Below are positions 63,641-64,000 of a DNA stretch of 64,000 nucleotides, piece after piece. Under the pieces are notes generated by a model, which saw nothing but the letters and a program-made list of their open reading frames with translations, was not told the origin of the DNA and ran no database searches. Source of the DNA: Octopus sinensis. Lineage: Eukaryota. Position 1 is the first letter of the stretch. Each line of letters starts with the position of its first letter. The stretch is taken from contig NC_042998.1 in NCBI RefSeq assembly GCF_006345805.1, positions 192,262,001 through 192,326,000 on the forward strand, written 5' to 3'. Both the position numbers and the translations under genes were made by a program.

Positions 63641-64000
63641 ATAACATCATTCTCGTGATATTTTTTCCAAGTTAAAATATGTAGCTGTTACTAATGTCAC
63701 CAGCAGCCACTCCATCCATGCAAGCTAACGAAAGAGCATCTACGTGATCTTGAACCAGCTACAAGTAGGTATAGTTCTTTCAACTCACTCCCTACCGTTT
63801 TGTAGAAATAGAAGATATATTAGTTAATGTCGTGCTGTATGCACTTAAGAGATCATGGTTGAATGCACGATCATGGTTGAATTACTCTTTATCCTAGACC
63901 TTCTCAATCAGGGCACACCCTGAGCTAAACAGATTTAGACAAGTGGAATTGACCTAGAACTTCATTATTAGAAATATTTGAAAAATGATAAGACAAAACT

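Overview
AT-rich, repeat-dominated eukaryotic non-coding DNA. No host protein-coding exon, rRNA, true tRNA or CRISPR array could be supported. The repeat content resembles what I recall from octopus/cephalopod genomes (inference, not database-checked). Content: (i) many simple repeats ((AT)n, (GT)n, (ATGT)n, (TAA)n, (GAA)n), which account for most ORFs in the track; (ii) about five tRNA-derived SINE families, several with clear target-site duplications (TSDs); (iii) LINE remnants: two RTE-clade copies, one with a 5'-inverted segment and 12-bp TSD, and six REL-endonuclease (R4/Dong-like) fragments, all on the minus strand; (iv) a mariner transposase 5' fragment, three complete ~0.39-0.4 kb non-autonomous Helitrons and a Penelope GIY-YIG fragment; (v) several unrelated short repeat families, mostly abutting microsatellites, that each carry a minimal type-I hammerhead-ribozyme fold of the kind found in Penelope-like element (PLE) pseudo-LTRs. 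Point (v) is the most interesting signal. Two families carry a UUGAAAA core, the compensatory U3:A8 version of CUGANGA, and one of these lies in both arms of a ~370-bp palindrome. All alignments and folds were done by eye, and most boundaries are approximate.
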